From a virus, in the IMG/VR virus record IMGVR_UViG_3300049988_000263: 64,000 nt of DNA; one strand, 5' to 3'. Of the stretch, positions 18,317 to 27,339 are shown in pieces (the stretch's first letter is position 1; the number at the start of each line of letters is the position of its first letter). Position numbers and translations under genes: made by a program. The notes beneath the pieces were generated by a model, which saw nothing but the letters and a program-made list of their open reading frames with translations, was not told the DNA's origin and did no database searches.

Positions 18317-18627
18317 TGGCCTGCACCCACTATCACGCTCGAACATGGCGGCAGTGGCGGCATTGGTTCGCCAAGCAGCCGAGCGGAAACGATGTACCAT
18401 GGTTTCCCGGCAGTGACCGCGAGGCTCAGAGCGCCTTGATCCAACGGATCGAGGCGTGGTTCCTTACCGATGAGGCGCACGGTTTGTACTGGTGTACCTC
18501 GACAATGCCCCCGCACGCGACAAGGCACGAGAACGGTACAACTTCGTGCCATGTCGATGAGATGGGGTGGACGTGGCAATTCACCGACCCCGACACGGCG
18601 TTCGCCTTCAAGATGCGGTTCATGTGA
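18316..18627 (+). CDS. FKxRW-family small protein
   Basis: Ends FTDPDTAFAFKMRFM. Confidence 0.75.
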   Translation: MACTHYHARTWRQWRHWFAKQPSGNDVPWFPGSDREAQSALIQRIEAWFLTDEAHGLYWCTSTMPPHATRHENGTTSCHVDEMGWTWQFTDPDTAFAFKMRFM

Positions 18628-18941
18628 TGCAACTGACATCCGAATCCGGCTGGTTCTACGTCACTCTGACACCTGAAGAGACCGATCGATTTTTCGATCC
18701 ATTCGATCCCATGGATCACGAGATGCCAAGTCACCTGCACCGTGCACGGCATCGCTATATCAAGGAAGACATCTACGCGTGGCTGGTCGAAAACTTCGGC
18801 GAGGTCGGCGTATGGATGACCCATCCCGACTTGTGTCCGGTCACGCACCAACCCATTCGATGCTTTGAGTTTTCCGATCAGAACCACGCGGTTCTGTTCA
18901 CAACCATGTGGGCGGGTATGCCCTTGGGAGAACCTACGTGA
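18627..18941 (+). CDS. Divergent FKxRW-family protein
   Basis: YAWLVENFGEVG.W...FSDQNHAVLFTTMWAG. Confidence 0.6.
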   Translation: MQLTSESGWFYVTLTPEETDRFFDPFDPMDHEMPSHLHRARHRYIKEDIYAWLVENFGEVGVWMTHPDLCPVTHQPIRCFEFSDQNHAVLFTTMWAGMPLGEPT

Positions 18942-19858
18942 AAGACCTGAAAATCCTCCAGCGAACCGCCCAGGGCGATGCCGTGGGGGCGGGCTACGAG
19001 TACGTCCCACAGAACAAGGTTCAGCACTTTCACCTGTCGGACGGCTACATCCAGCACGCCAAACACACCGAGATTCGTCCCGGTATGTGGACCGACGATA
19101 CCATGATGAGCGTCGCCGTCGCCTCCTCCCTGTTCGGGACCGGAAACTCCTGGGATATGACGGAGATCGAACGGCACACCCTTCGCCTCGCCGACAACAT
19201 GGTGGCGCTGCATCGGTCTCACTGGACCAAGGGATACTCCTCCGGCATGCTCGCCGCGCTCGATGATGCCGCGCTGGCAGAGGATGCCGGGGGCAAGCGA
19301 TTGTCAGCGAACTTCGATAAACACGGGCGCTCGCAGAACAACGGCTCGGCCATGCGCAGTGCCGCGTACGGGATCGTCCCGGACTTGCATGACGTGCGCG
19401 AACTCGCGACCGCCGGAGCCATTCTGACCCATTCAGGTCTCGGCGTGGAAGGCGCCGTCGTGGTCGCGATGGTCTCGCACTTCTTTGTGTTCGATCTCGG
19501 CACGCAGGAGCAGATGGACGACTTCCTCGGCGATCACGGGTTCGCCACCTACACCACGAGGATGCGTGAGCGTGTGGCGGCCCAGAATGGCCCCCTAACG
19601 TTCCTTTCGGTCACGGCGGCACTGACTGCGATTCGCGAGTCGCGGACGCTCAGCGGGGTTCTGGAGCGATCCATACGGGTGGGCGGGGACGTGGATACGG
19701 TTGCGGCCATCGCGATGGGCCTTGCCGGATCGTGCAACGAGATCGAGGACGACCTGCCCCCGTATATCGACGCGGAGATGCAGCCGGTCGCCGGATTGTC
19801 CGTTAGTGAGATCATCGACCTCGATAAGGGATTAACCAAGCTGGCCTTCACGGTTTGA
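18938..19858 (+). CDS. ADP-ribosylglycohydrolase (ARH/DraG family)
   Basis: WTDDTMM, NNGSAMRSA, GGDVDTVAAIAMG motifs. Confidence 0.9.
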   Translation: MKDLKILQRTAQGDAVGAGYEYVPQNKVQHFHLSDGYIQHAKHTEIRPGMWTDDTMMSVAVASSLFGTGNSWDMTEIERHTLRLADNMVALHRSHWTKGYSSGMLAALDDAALAEDAGGKRLSANFDKHGRSQNNGSAMRSAAYGIVPDLHDVRELATAGAILTHSGLGVEGAVVVAMVSHFFVFDLGTQEQMDDFLGDHGFATYTTRMRERVAAQNGPLTFLSVTAALTAIRESRTLSGVLERSIRVGGDVDTVAAIAMGLAGSCNEIEDDLPPYIDAEMQPVAGLSVSEIIDLDKGLTKLAFTV

Positions 19859-19909
19859 TTTATTGACAAGTCGGTGTATCTTTTGAGAGCCTAATCAGGA
19901 GATACACTG

Positions 19910-20182
19910 ATGCCCAAAGAAAAGGTTGACCCGATTTTTCGGAATCTTACCGGGGATCGCTTGATCGCCGCCAAGGTTTTGTCGGGTCTCTCGCAGTTCG
20001 AGATCATCACCTCAACCGAGTCCGGCAACGTCCACTCTCAGAACTGGATATCCAAGTGGGGACTGTCGGACTTCGTCATCTCGGCTGAGAACGGCCCGCA
20101 TATGTCCACCTGGGTGTTCAAGGTGCCGCGCCATCTCGCCGCGCACGTTCGGGCGATCCTCAACCAGAGCACACCCGCGTGA
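19910..20182 (+). CDS. Hypothetical protein
   Basis: Early promoter variant 19855-19882; AGGAGA SD. Confidence 0.65.
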   Translation: MPKEKVDPIFRNLTGDRLIAAKVLSGLSQFEIITSTESGNVHSQNWISKWGLSDFVISAENGPHMSTWVFKVPRHLAAHVRAILNQSTPA

Positions 20183-20490
20183 GTACGGACACGGTTATGA
20201 GTCCGCGCTTCTCGCATGATCCGGTCGAGGACGTTCAAATCGTGGGCGGACGCAAGCGCTGGGTGTTCGTCTGCTACAATCTCGAAGACATCATCCCGAA
20301 GCACATCCGTCCGTCCGACATCGCCGCGCGGGATCGGAACCGCCTGTTCAAGAGTGTCACCGACTGGTGCTTCGATCAGTTCGGCCCGAGTATCACCGAT
20401 GGGATGGACCGCTGGTGCCATACCCGGCGGTGCGTGATCTTCTACGACCCGACCTTCGCCACGGCGTTTCGAATTCAGTGGTGTGGGTAG
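20179..20490 (+). CDS. FKxRW-family small protein
   Basis: DWCFDQFGP...W; ends FYDPTFATAFRIQWCG. Confidence 0.75.
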   Translation: MSTDTVMSPRFSHDPVEDVQIVGGRKRWVFVCYNLEDIIPKHIRPSDIAARDRNRLFKSVTDWCFDQFGPSITDGMDRWCHTRRCVIFYDPTFATAFRIQWCG

Positions 20491-20518
20491 TTGACATCCT
20501 CCCGTATTGGTGTATATT
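20491..20518 (+). promoter_or_regulatory. Early-type promoter
   Basis: TTGAC-N13-GGTGTATATT. Confidence 0.75.
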
Positions 20519-20544
20519 AAAGACATCAGCACGGGAGACAACAC

Positions 20545-20943
20545 ATGGGCCAGCGCATCGACCGCCTCTTCGCCACCCTCGACGAGGTTCACATCCTCTA
20601 CCATGGGTTCTACCGGAACGTTGAGGTCCGCATCTCCGGGAACGTCGGCTTCTCCGCCCGCGATACCCGGTTGTTCGTGAAGATGTTCTGGAACGGTCAT
20701 CGGATCAACTCCTACACCCGTCCGTTCAACACCATGGCAACCGCGCGCAAGTACGCCCAGCGGATGGCGGAGGAGAATACCCGCATGGCCCTGATTGGGC
20801 GGCGGGACGGCTGGACCGAGCGGTGCGACTACGCCGCTCATATGCCGGACTACCGCAACTATCACGCCGATCGCGGACTGCCCTACTACGACTATCGTCG
20901 CAAGGACGGCCCGGTGATTTACCCCCAGCGCAAGGCGGCCTGA
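20545..20943 (+). CDS. Hypothetical protein
   Basis: GGGAGA SD after the promoter. Confidence 0.65.
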   Translation: MGQRIDRLFATLDEVHILYHGFYRNVEVRISGNVGFSARDTRLFVKMFWNGHRINSYTRPFNTMATARKYAQRMAEENTRMALIGRRDGWTERCDYAAHMPDYRNYHADRGLPYYDYRRKDGPVIYPQRKAA

Positions 20944-21102
20944 TCATGACGATGGCTCAAGCACTCTCCCAGGCCCGCGCCGAAGAGGCCCGCCGCTATG
21001 CCCAGGAGGCCGCCCAGGCGGTCTCCGCGCAATCCTCCGCATATTGGCTCGCGCAAGCCGCTGAAGCCCGTCGTGCTGCCGAAACCTTGAAGGGGAAGTC
21101 TT

Positions 21103-21360
21103 ATGCGTAACCGTCATTTCGAGTCGGATTTTAATCGCCGCCAGCGCAGCTTCGACCGGAGCTTCGCGATCCACCGGTTCATCGTCACCCTGGGGATGAT
21201 TCTGGTGTTCGGCTTCGTCGCCTACGGGTTCTACGAGAACTTCGCCTCGGACAAGTTCTCGCTCCGCAAGGACGAGTACTCGTGCACGGCTTCACATATC
21301 GAAGCGAACCACAACGAGGTGTATACGATCTGTGACACCTATCAGAGAGTTAACCGATAA
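21103..21360 (+). CDS. Membrane-anchored two-Cys protein (paralog of 21360-21644)
   Basis: TM then SLRKDEYSC...ICDTYQR. Confidence 0.6.
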   Translation: MRNRHFESDFNRRQRSFDRSFAIHRFIVTLGMILVFGFVAYGFYENFASDKFSLRKDEYSCTASHIEANHNEVYTICDTYQRVNR

Positions 21361-21644
21361 TGGCCGAGAACCTGACCGCTGACCCGAAGGCACCCGAAGT
21401 CCCCACACGGAAGTTCGACCTACGTAAATCTGTATACGAGACCCGCTATATCCTGCTCGGCACGCTCGGGCTGATCGCGGTCTGCGCGACCATTCTCGTA
21501 GTGTTCAGCGAACGCTCTGCCCTGGTGACCCTTCGGGAGACGGACTTCGCATGCAGTCAACCAGCAGCGACGAATCGCTACCGGTTCGACAAGGTCGAGA
21601 CCTGCAACCAATACACGCGCAAGGTGCCCGTATGGATCAAGTGA
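21360..21644 (+). CDS. Membrane-anchored two-Cys protein (paralog of 21103-21360)
   Basis: TM then TLRETDFAC...TCNQYTR. Confidence 0.6.
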   Translation: MAENLTADPKAPEVPTRKFDLRKSVYETRYILLGTLGLIAVCATILVVFSERSALVTLRETDFACSQPAATNRYRFDKVETCNQYTRKVPVWIK

Positions 21645-21671
21645 AGGAACACCTTCGCTAATCCACGTTTT

Positions 21672-22205
21672 TTGGGGAGGCATACGATGTCTTATTATCT
21701 GTGCGTCGAGGACGTTGGCGAGGAAGTCGCCAACGCGCTGAATCAGTTTCTTGGTGAAACCCTTCCGGATACTGAAGAAACTTCTTACCCGAAGCCGGAC
21801 GTGGTCGCAGGTCTGCGCCCGGTGATGGTGAGCTTCCACCCCACCCTGGACGCCGAGGTGATCGGCCAGATTTCTGAAATCGTTCGGCACATCGACATGG
21901 GATCGGACGAAGACCCGGCGCCGACGCGCGGTAAGGGTCTGAAGCGCGCCCGCGCGGATTTCGCCAGCTTCACGCAGAACAGAGAGTTTCGCGGCGAGAG
22001 CGTCTACCGGTGGTTCTTCGCTCATTCGGAAAAGCTCACGGGGGTTGCCGACGACGCCGCCATGCGGGCGGGATACGCCGCGTATTGGCGGAGCGAGTTC
22101 GAACGGCTTATCAAGTTGATCGAGATGGTCGCGATGGAGCGAGACAACAACGACGATCAATTCTATGAGTGGGAAGCCGCCATGGGGAGCGAGGACGATG
22201 CCTGA
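21672..22205 (+). CDS. Hypothetical protein (start probably MSYYLC)
   Basis: GGGGAGG SD. Confidence 0.6.
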   Translation: MGRHTMSYYLCVEDVGEEVANALNQFLGETLPDTEETSYPKPDVVAGLRPVMVSFHPTLDAEVIGQISEIVRHIDMGSDEDPAPTRGKGLKRARADFASFTQNREFRGESVYRWFFAHSEKLTGVADDAAMRAGYAAYWRSEFERLIKLIEMVAMERDNNDDQFYEWEAAMGSEDDA

Positions 22206-22689
22206 CATCTACATCCGACCGAAAGAGATTCCGTCGTCCACTACGACGATGAGCCCCGCGCTGATCGCGCTGGCGGTGCAGTTGGGTGAGTTCAAGGCGA
22301 TCAGCGGGATCGAGTTCGGCGTCGAAATGCACGACCGACTTCACCTGAAGTTGACCTACTATCTGGACGAGGCGTTCATCGCGCTGCGCCTGAAGTTCGG
22401 TCACCTGTTCGTAGAGAAGCCGCAGGTCGCACAGGCACGCCCGGCACGCCCGGTACCGCCCCCGCCACCGCTGACACGCCCTAAGGTGAGACCGCTCACC
22501 ACGGGTGGAGGCCACGAAATGTGGACGTGGCAGGATCGATTCAGCGGGAAGACCGCTCTTGAGCGGATGGCGGAATCCGAGCGGGAAGAGGCGAGTCGTC
22601 AGCTTCGTGAGATTATGAACACCCAACTCGCCGAGGAGACCTCCACGGGATGGAAGCACAAGCTCACCAAGCGCTTGCTTGGTCGCTAA
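22198..22689 (+). CDS. Hypothetical protein, possibly a divergent FKxRW domain plus Pro-rich tail
   Basis: YYLDEAFIALRLKFG followed by PARPVPPPPP. Confidence 0.5.
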   Translation: MPDIYIRPKEIPSSTTTMSPALIALAVQLGEFKAISGIEFGVEMHDRLHLKLTYYLDEAFIALRLKFGHLFVEKPQVAQARPARPVPPPPPLTRPKVRPLTTGGGHEMWTWQDRFSGKTALERMAESEREEASRQLREIMNTQLAEETSTGWKHKLTKRLLGR

Positions 22690-23145
22690 ACCGGCTAACA
22701 CGATTCTGGTCCGGAAATTCCGGGCCAGCCCAGGCGCACCCGCCGCCTTAGGTATCAACGATGATGCATGGTCACTGCGCGTTTTGCGTCCATCGTGCGA
22801 GAATGCGCCACGAATTGTGCGCCCGCAATGCTGATCCCCAACAGTACCAGGGCGGTCCATGAGGCGCGAAACGCCCGGTTCATTGTACGCTTTGATGTAA
22901 TCATTTTAGTTCCCCCATTTTCGAAATTATTTAGCCTTCGCGGGTGCGAGATTCGTATTGACATTATACGTCAAAACGTGAGAAACCCGAGGTGGGCCAC
23001 GAGAGTGCCTGCCGCTCGCAGACGCAAGTCACGGTGAAACCTCGGACTACTCACGACTCTGACATCGATCTCCCACCCATTCCAGGGCCGGATCGGTAAC
23101 GCGAGCAACCCGTCGATATGGCCCGATGAATGTGGAAGGCGAATC

Positions 23146-23826
23146 ATGTCCAACGTTACCATTCAGTCGCTGAAGACGCTCGCAAAGTCGCTGCGTTCCG
23201 ACACGGTCTCTCACTCCCAAGCGCTCGAAATCGTCGCCAAGCAGAACGGATTCAAAGATTGGAACGCCGCTGTGGCGATGTCCCCGCCGGAGCCGAGCGC
23301 GGCGAGCTTCGACAGCTTCGTTCGGCGGTTTGACGGGATCGCACCAAAGTATGATGTGCTTCGCCCGATTCCTTTTGCCTCGAACCGACCTGAGTACGAC
23401 GAAGTGGTGGCCGAGATTGATGCGGTCTTCCGGGATATGCAGGATGCCGGACGATCCTGGCAGGAGATCGCTGCCTGCATGCGATATGTGGGGTACCATC
23501 TTAGCCTACCCCTGCTCGTTCGGAGTCCAAACTTGGCTCGGTTCACTTTGAGGCACCGCGATCACATCATGAGTGTGAATGTGGAGGAGAACTTCCTGCG
23601 GTTCTTCCCCCATCTGGCCAAGCCCGCTCTGACCGTCCTGTCTTACGGGGTCCTCGTTCAGACTGTACAGAGCATCGTCGCGGAGTTTCCTGGCATCAAG
23701 CACGAAGAGGTCATCGCCAAAATCGACGAGCGCCATCCCAACTCGGATTACAGGCAGCAGTCCGTCGTCCAAATCATGCTCAGGGGGCCGGGCTGGAAGA
23801 ACGAGCCGGGTTGGAAAAAATCGTAG
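23146..23826 (+). CDS. Hypothetical protein with a Glyoxalase_8-like N-terminal helical domain
   Basis: LKTLAKSLR...SHSQALEIVAKQNGFKDWN. Confidence 0.55.
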   Translation: MSNVTIQSLKTLAKSLRSDTVSHSQALEIVAKQNGFKDWNAAVAMSPPEPSAASFDSFVRRFDGIAPKYDVLRPIPFASNRPEYDEVVAEIDAVFRDMQDAGRSWQEIAACMRYVGYHLSLPLLVRSPNLARFTLRHRDHIMSVNVEENFLRFFPHLAKPALTVLSYGVLVQTVQSIVAEFPGIKHEEVIAKIDERHPNSDYRQQSVVQIMLRGPGWKNEPGWKKS

Positions 23827-23833
23827 AACGAAG

Positions 23834-23864
23834 TTGACACCTCGGTTAAGGTCTGAGATAAATA
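23834..23864 (+). promoter_or_regulatory. Promoter of the His leader
   Basis: TTGACA-N17-GATAAATA. Confidence 0.75.
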
Positions 23865-23869
23865 AAGTC

Positions 23870-23920
23870 ATGAACACGCATTCGCATCATCATGTCTCGA
23901 AGGGGTCACACCCGTCGTAA
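23870..23920 (+). CDS. Attenuator leader peptide, His-rich (MNTHSHHHVSKGSHPS)
   Basis: 5 His in 16 aa, three in tandem; terminator and tRNA-His follow directly. Confidence 0.85.
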   Translation: MNTHSHHHVSKGSHPS

Positions 23921-23951
23921 ACGCCGCAAGGCGTGATGCGAATCTGTGTGC

Positions 23952-23982
23952 AACCCCGGTAAGCTATGCTTCCGGGGTTTTT
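23952..23982 (+). terminator. Attenuator terminator 2
   Basis: AACCCCGG-T-AAGC-TAT-GCTT-CCGGGGTT-TTT; 23946-23957 can pair instead with 23902-23911. Confidence 0.85.
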
Positions 23983-24003
23983 CTTTGGTCTTTGGACCAA
24001 TAT

Positions 24004-24079
24004 GGTGGCCGTAGTTCAGTGGTAGAACGTCGCCCTGTGACGGCGAATGTCGCCGGTTCGAATCCGGTCGGCCACCCCA
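24004..24079 (+). tRNA. tRNA-His(GUG) with G-1:C73
   Basis: Cloverleaf, loop CTGTGAC, encoded G-1, C73 and CCA. Confidence 0.95.
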
Positions 24080-24098
24080 AAGTTTTCCGAGGATTCCC

Positions 24099-24650
24099 AT
24101 GAGAATTTCGACCGAGCAGGCGCATGCGTTGTTCGACTGCTTCGAAGACTCTGGGCTTCTCATCGATCCGGACGGGTCCTGGCGCAAGAACTTCCACATG
24201 GAGGTCTCTGTGCTCGGGCATAAGCGCTGGAGCCAAGGCCCGTGGACGCTGATGAACGAGTGGGGCAAGCTGAAGCCTCCTCGGCTGTCGATGGCACCGC
24301 TCGGCGCGTTGTCCACGCCGGAACGCGAGATCGCCGAGGCCGACCGGCTGGAGCGGGTCAACGCGGAGATCGCCCGGATCATGTCGAACGAGCCCGTGCC
24401 GGACCCGGACTTCGCCAAGAGCTTCCCCCGGATCACCCAGGCCGAGATGGAAGCGATGGACGAGGCCCAATGGGAAGCGTTCTTCGACAAAGTCGATGAG
24501 ACCGGCCCCTACATCATCACGAGCCCTCACCGCAAAGACGTGGTGATACTCTCGATCAAGCAATTCGCACGTCTGACAGGAGAAAAACTATGCTGCGAGG
24601 AACTCGAATCATCGACGGAGCCCAGGCCCGACTCTTCACCGACACCATAG
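24099..24650 (+). CDS. Hypothetical protein, possible C-terminal Phd/YefM-like domain
   Basis: FFDKVDETGPYIITSPHRKDVVILSIKQFARL. Confidence 0.55.
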   Translation: MRISTEQAHALFDCFEDSGLLIDPDGSWRKNFHMEVSVLGHKRWSQGPWTLMNEWGKLKPPRLSMAPLGALSTPEREIAEADRLERVNAEIARIMSNEPVPDPDFAKSFPRITQAEMEAMDEAQWEAFFDKVDETGPYIITSPHRKDVVILSIKQFARLTGEKLCCEELESSTEPRPDSSPTP

Positions 24651-25199
24651 AGACGATCCGGAGGTGTCTTCATCGAGGCTGAGTTCGAGGAAATCATCGT
24701 CCCCTCGATTTGGGAGGCGGAGACTTTTCTGGACAAGGTCGGCGACGAAAATCGCCGGATGATGTGGACGTTTCAGGACAAGGGCGAGCGTAACGTCTGC
24801 CTGATCCCGGAGGTTACCGGACTGTTGCAGGAGACGTGGCGGGAGGATTGGTCGAAGCGCTCCAAAACCCGCAACGTCTTCTACGTCCAGCGCTGCTACC
24901 GGTACGAGCGCCCCCAGGCGGGTCGATACCGGGAGTTCACCCAGCTTGGTATTGAGATGCTGGGGAGCCAGGACAGCACCAGGGCAAAGGCGCTCCTACG
25001 GGATTGCCTTGACCGGTTCGACGTGGAATATTCGTTCAACGAATCTGCCAAGCGCGGCCTCTCCTACTACGTGGAGGAGGGGTTCGAGGCGAGCGTGGCC
25101 AAGCTCGGCGCGCAGAAGCAGATCGCGGGTGGAGGGGCCTACGCCGAAGGTGTAGGCTGGGCCATTGGAATCGATCGATTGGTCCTGGCGAGGCAGTAA
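24590..25199 (+). CDS. hisS: Minimal histidyl-tRNA synthetase-like catalytic core with a +1 frame break near 24662
   Basis: AGGAG SD; MLRGTRII...ETIRR then, in the +1 frame, VFIEAEFEEIIVPSIWE; motif 2 YRYERPQAGRYREFTQLGIE; motif 3 GWAIGIDRL; no anticodon-binding domain. Confidence 0.8.
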
Positions 25200-25753
25200 T
25201 GGCTAAGATTGACAGCCACACCGATTTAGATGAGCTTCGGCGGCGTCAGAAGGGTGATCGCGATGCTGAGAGAAATCAGGAGGCCGAGGCGATCTACAGG
25301 AAAGACCTGGGAAACCTCGCCCTTCCGATCCTGAGTATTTTTTCAATTCTCTTCTTCATCATTGATTTTAAGGAGATTCCGTCTTCATCGGGTATCGGAC
25401 TGCTGTTGCTCGCCTCGTGTATCACGTACATTATAGGGTTTGTGCTGGGCACGGCGATCACCATAGGGGCCGTCTGCTTTATCGTCTTGAAGAATCGTTG
25501 GCGCCGACGCCAGGATGATCGAATCCTTAATCTCCATGAAGATGAGCGTGAACATCTGGTCCACTATGCGTACGGTGGAGATCGTCCTCTGGTCTGCCGG
25601 TACATCGTCTTGCGGGACGAGGTGCTGGATTGGGCGAAACAATCCGGAGTCAAGATGGCCGTGCTCACAACGTATCGGAAACAAGGGGACATCCCACTGG
25701 TTTGGTTCAGAAATCCCGAACACGCTGTGGCATTCAAGATGCGTTGGTATTAG
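25199..25753 (+). CDS. TM segments fused to an FKxRW-family domain
   Basis: Two hydrophobic stretches; ends FRNPEHAVAFKMRWY. Confidence 0.75.
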   Translation: MAKIDSHTDLDELRRRQKGDRDAERNQEAEAIYRKDLGNLALPILSIFSILFFIIDFKEIPSSSGIGLLLLASCITYIIGFVLGTAITIGAVCFIVLKNRWRRRQDDRILNLHEDEREHLVHYAYGGDRPLVCRYIVLRDEVLDWAKQSGVKMAVLTTYRKQGDIPLVWFRNPEHAVAFKMRWY

Positions 25754-25762
25754 ATAGAGTTT

Positions 25763-25837
25763 GGGGGTGTAGCTAAGTGGTAAAGCCGGTCGCTCATAAC
25801 GGCCTCATCGCGTGTTCGATTCACGCCACCCCTACCA
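25763..25837 (+). tRNA. tRNA(CAU): Met or Ile2
   Basis: Cloverleaf, loop CTCATAA, ACCA end. Confidence 0.9.
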
Positions 25838-25871
25838 CTAACCATGAATCAAATCTATACTTGCTCCCGCT

Positions 25872-26291
25872 TTGATTCTCGTGAAAGATGATTCGATCAT
25901 CCTATCGGGGTATTCTATGCGCATCGCCATTCTGACGCTTCTCATGTTCACGACCCCGGTGGTGGCCGAGCCAGACTTCTCCGGGCGGTGGGCGGAAAAG
26001 GAAGCCGACTGCATCGGTCAACCCGACATACCCCCGGTGGAGATCACCGCATCCACCTACAAGGGTTACGAACAGTTCTGCGTATTCGAGCGTGTCGATG
26101 CGACCTTCGTCAAGGGGTCGTTCGAACCCGTATGGTGGACCGTCCGGATGCGCTGCAAGGGCGAAGGGGTGACCGAGACGTCAACCTCGGAGTTCCTGCT
26201 TAATCGCGACGGCAACTCTCTTTTCGAGACACCCATTCACAATGGCGTTAGAGGGGATACGATTGCCCGTAACCGTTGCCCCTGGGATTAG
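25872..26291 (+). CDS. Secreted hypothetical protein (start probably MRIAIL)
   Basis: Signal peptide; G.W....DC and Cys pattern. Confidence 0.55.
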   Translation: MILVKDDSIILSGYSMRIAILTLLMFTTPVVAEPDFSGRWAEKEADCIGQPDIPPVEITASTYKGYEQFCVFERVDATFVKGSFEPVWWTVRMRCKGEGVTETSTSEFLLNRDGNSLFETPIHNGVRGDTIARNRCPWD

Positions 26292-26549
26292 ACCGATGAA
26301 TCATACCGACCCTGAATACCAAGCCTATCAGGGCATGAAGAGCGCAATGGAGCGGGTTGCCGTGTACCAGGGCCAGGATGGGCGCTGGTACGCGACGATC
26401 AAGGTTGAGACGGGTATCCATCTGGAGGGGCCATTCGATGCCGAGGACGAAGCTCAAGAGGGTGGACTACGCACGGCGATGCAAAGCTATTGACGGAGTA
26501 AGCAATCGCTGACAAAAGTCAGAGATCACTTAACCGAATAGGTATTTGC

Positions 26550-26855
26550 ATGTCACCCCTGGCCTATTACGCTACGTCGCCGATGTCGATTCTAATCGAC
26601 GATGCCATTCATCGCTCCAAGAAACCCCGCGCGGTTCTCGCAGCGGAGATTGGCATCAATCCGAACATGGTTTCGATGATTAAGCGCGGGACCCACGCCA
26701 TGCCGTGCGAACGAGTTGAGGCGTTCGCCAAAGCTCTGAATATTCCGGTGCGTACGTTGATCGAGGCAGGGATCGCCTCCTATCCGGACAACCAGGGCTG
26801 GCGCGCCATGGGAATCGTTATGCGGATTCGTGTGGCTGATCTTCTCGCCGCATGA
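26550..26855 (+). CDS. XRE/Cro-C1-like HTH protein
   Basis: LAAEIGINPNMVSMIKRG...VEAFAKALNI. Confidence 0.75.
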   Translation: MSPLAYYATSPMSILIDDAIHRSKKPRAVLAAEIGINPNMVSMIKRGTHAMPCERVEAFAKALNIPVRTLIEAGIASYPDNQGWRAMGIVMRIRVADLLAA

Positions 26856-27082
26856 AGTTCGTACCCGATCCGATCCTACGGAATACCCCATGGCAGTCCA
26901 ACTACAAGTACCACTTCGTGGCCGAGTCCAAGAGAGACGCGGGCGAACAGATGTCCGCCGTGATCCGGTGGTGCATCGAGCAGTTCGGACCGCTCGATAA
27001 GGGGCGTTGGTACGCGCAGGGCTGGCGGGTGGATTTCCTCACCCAGGCGGACGCGACGGCATTTCGGTTGAGGTGGGGCTGA
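26852..27082 (+). CDS. FKxRW-family small protein
   Basis: Ends FLTQADATAFRLRWG. Confidence 0.8.
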   Translation: MKFVPDPILRNTPWQSNYKYHFVAESKRDAGEQMSAVIRWCIEQFGPLDKGRWYAQGWRVDFLTQADATAFRLRWG

Positions 27083-27339
27083 TGGGCGGGACCCAACATA
27101 TGAATCGGTACGCGGAGTACTGGATCGAGAATCCTCGGTTCGAGGTTCACGACTACTACGACGGGCGCCACACCCTAATGGTGATCGAAACCCAGGTGGG
27201 CGGTCGGGTCCCGAAGGAATACCTCGACGAGGTCAAGGCGTGGATCATCGATCAACAGTTCCCCGCGTATTTCGTTGGTCAGCGGGTCTCGTTCGAGCAG
27301 GAAGCCCACGCCATCGCGTTTAAGATGAGGTGGGGATGA
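27082..27339 (+). CDS. FKxRW-family small protein
   Basis: Ends FEQEAHAIAFKMRWG. Confidence 0.8.
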   Translation: MGGTQHMNRYAEYWIENPRFEVHDYYDGRHTLMVIETQVGGRVPKEYLDEVKAWIIDQQFPAYFVGQRVSFEQEAHAIAFKMRWG

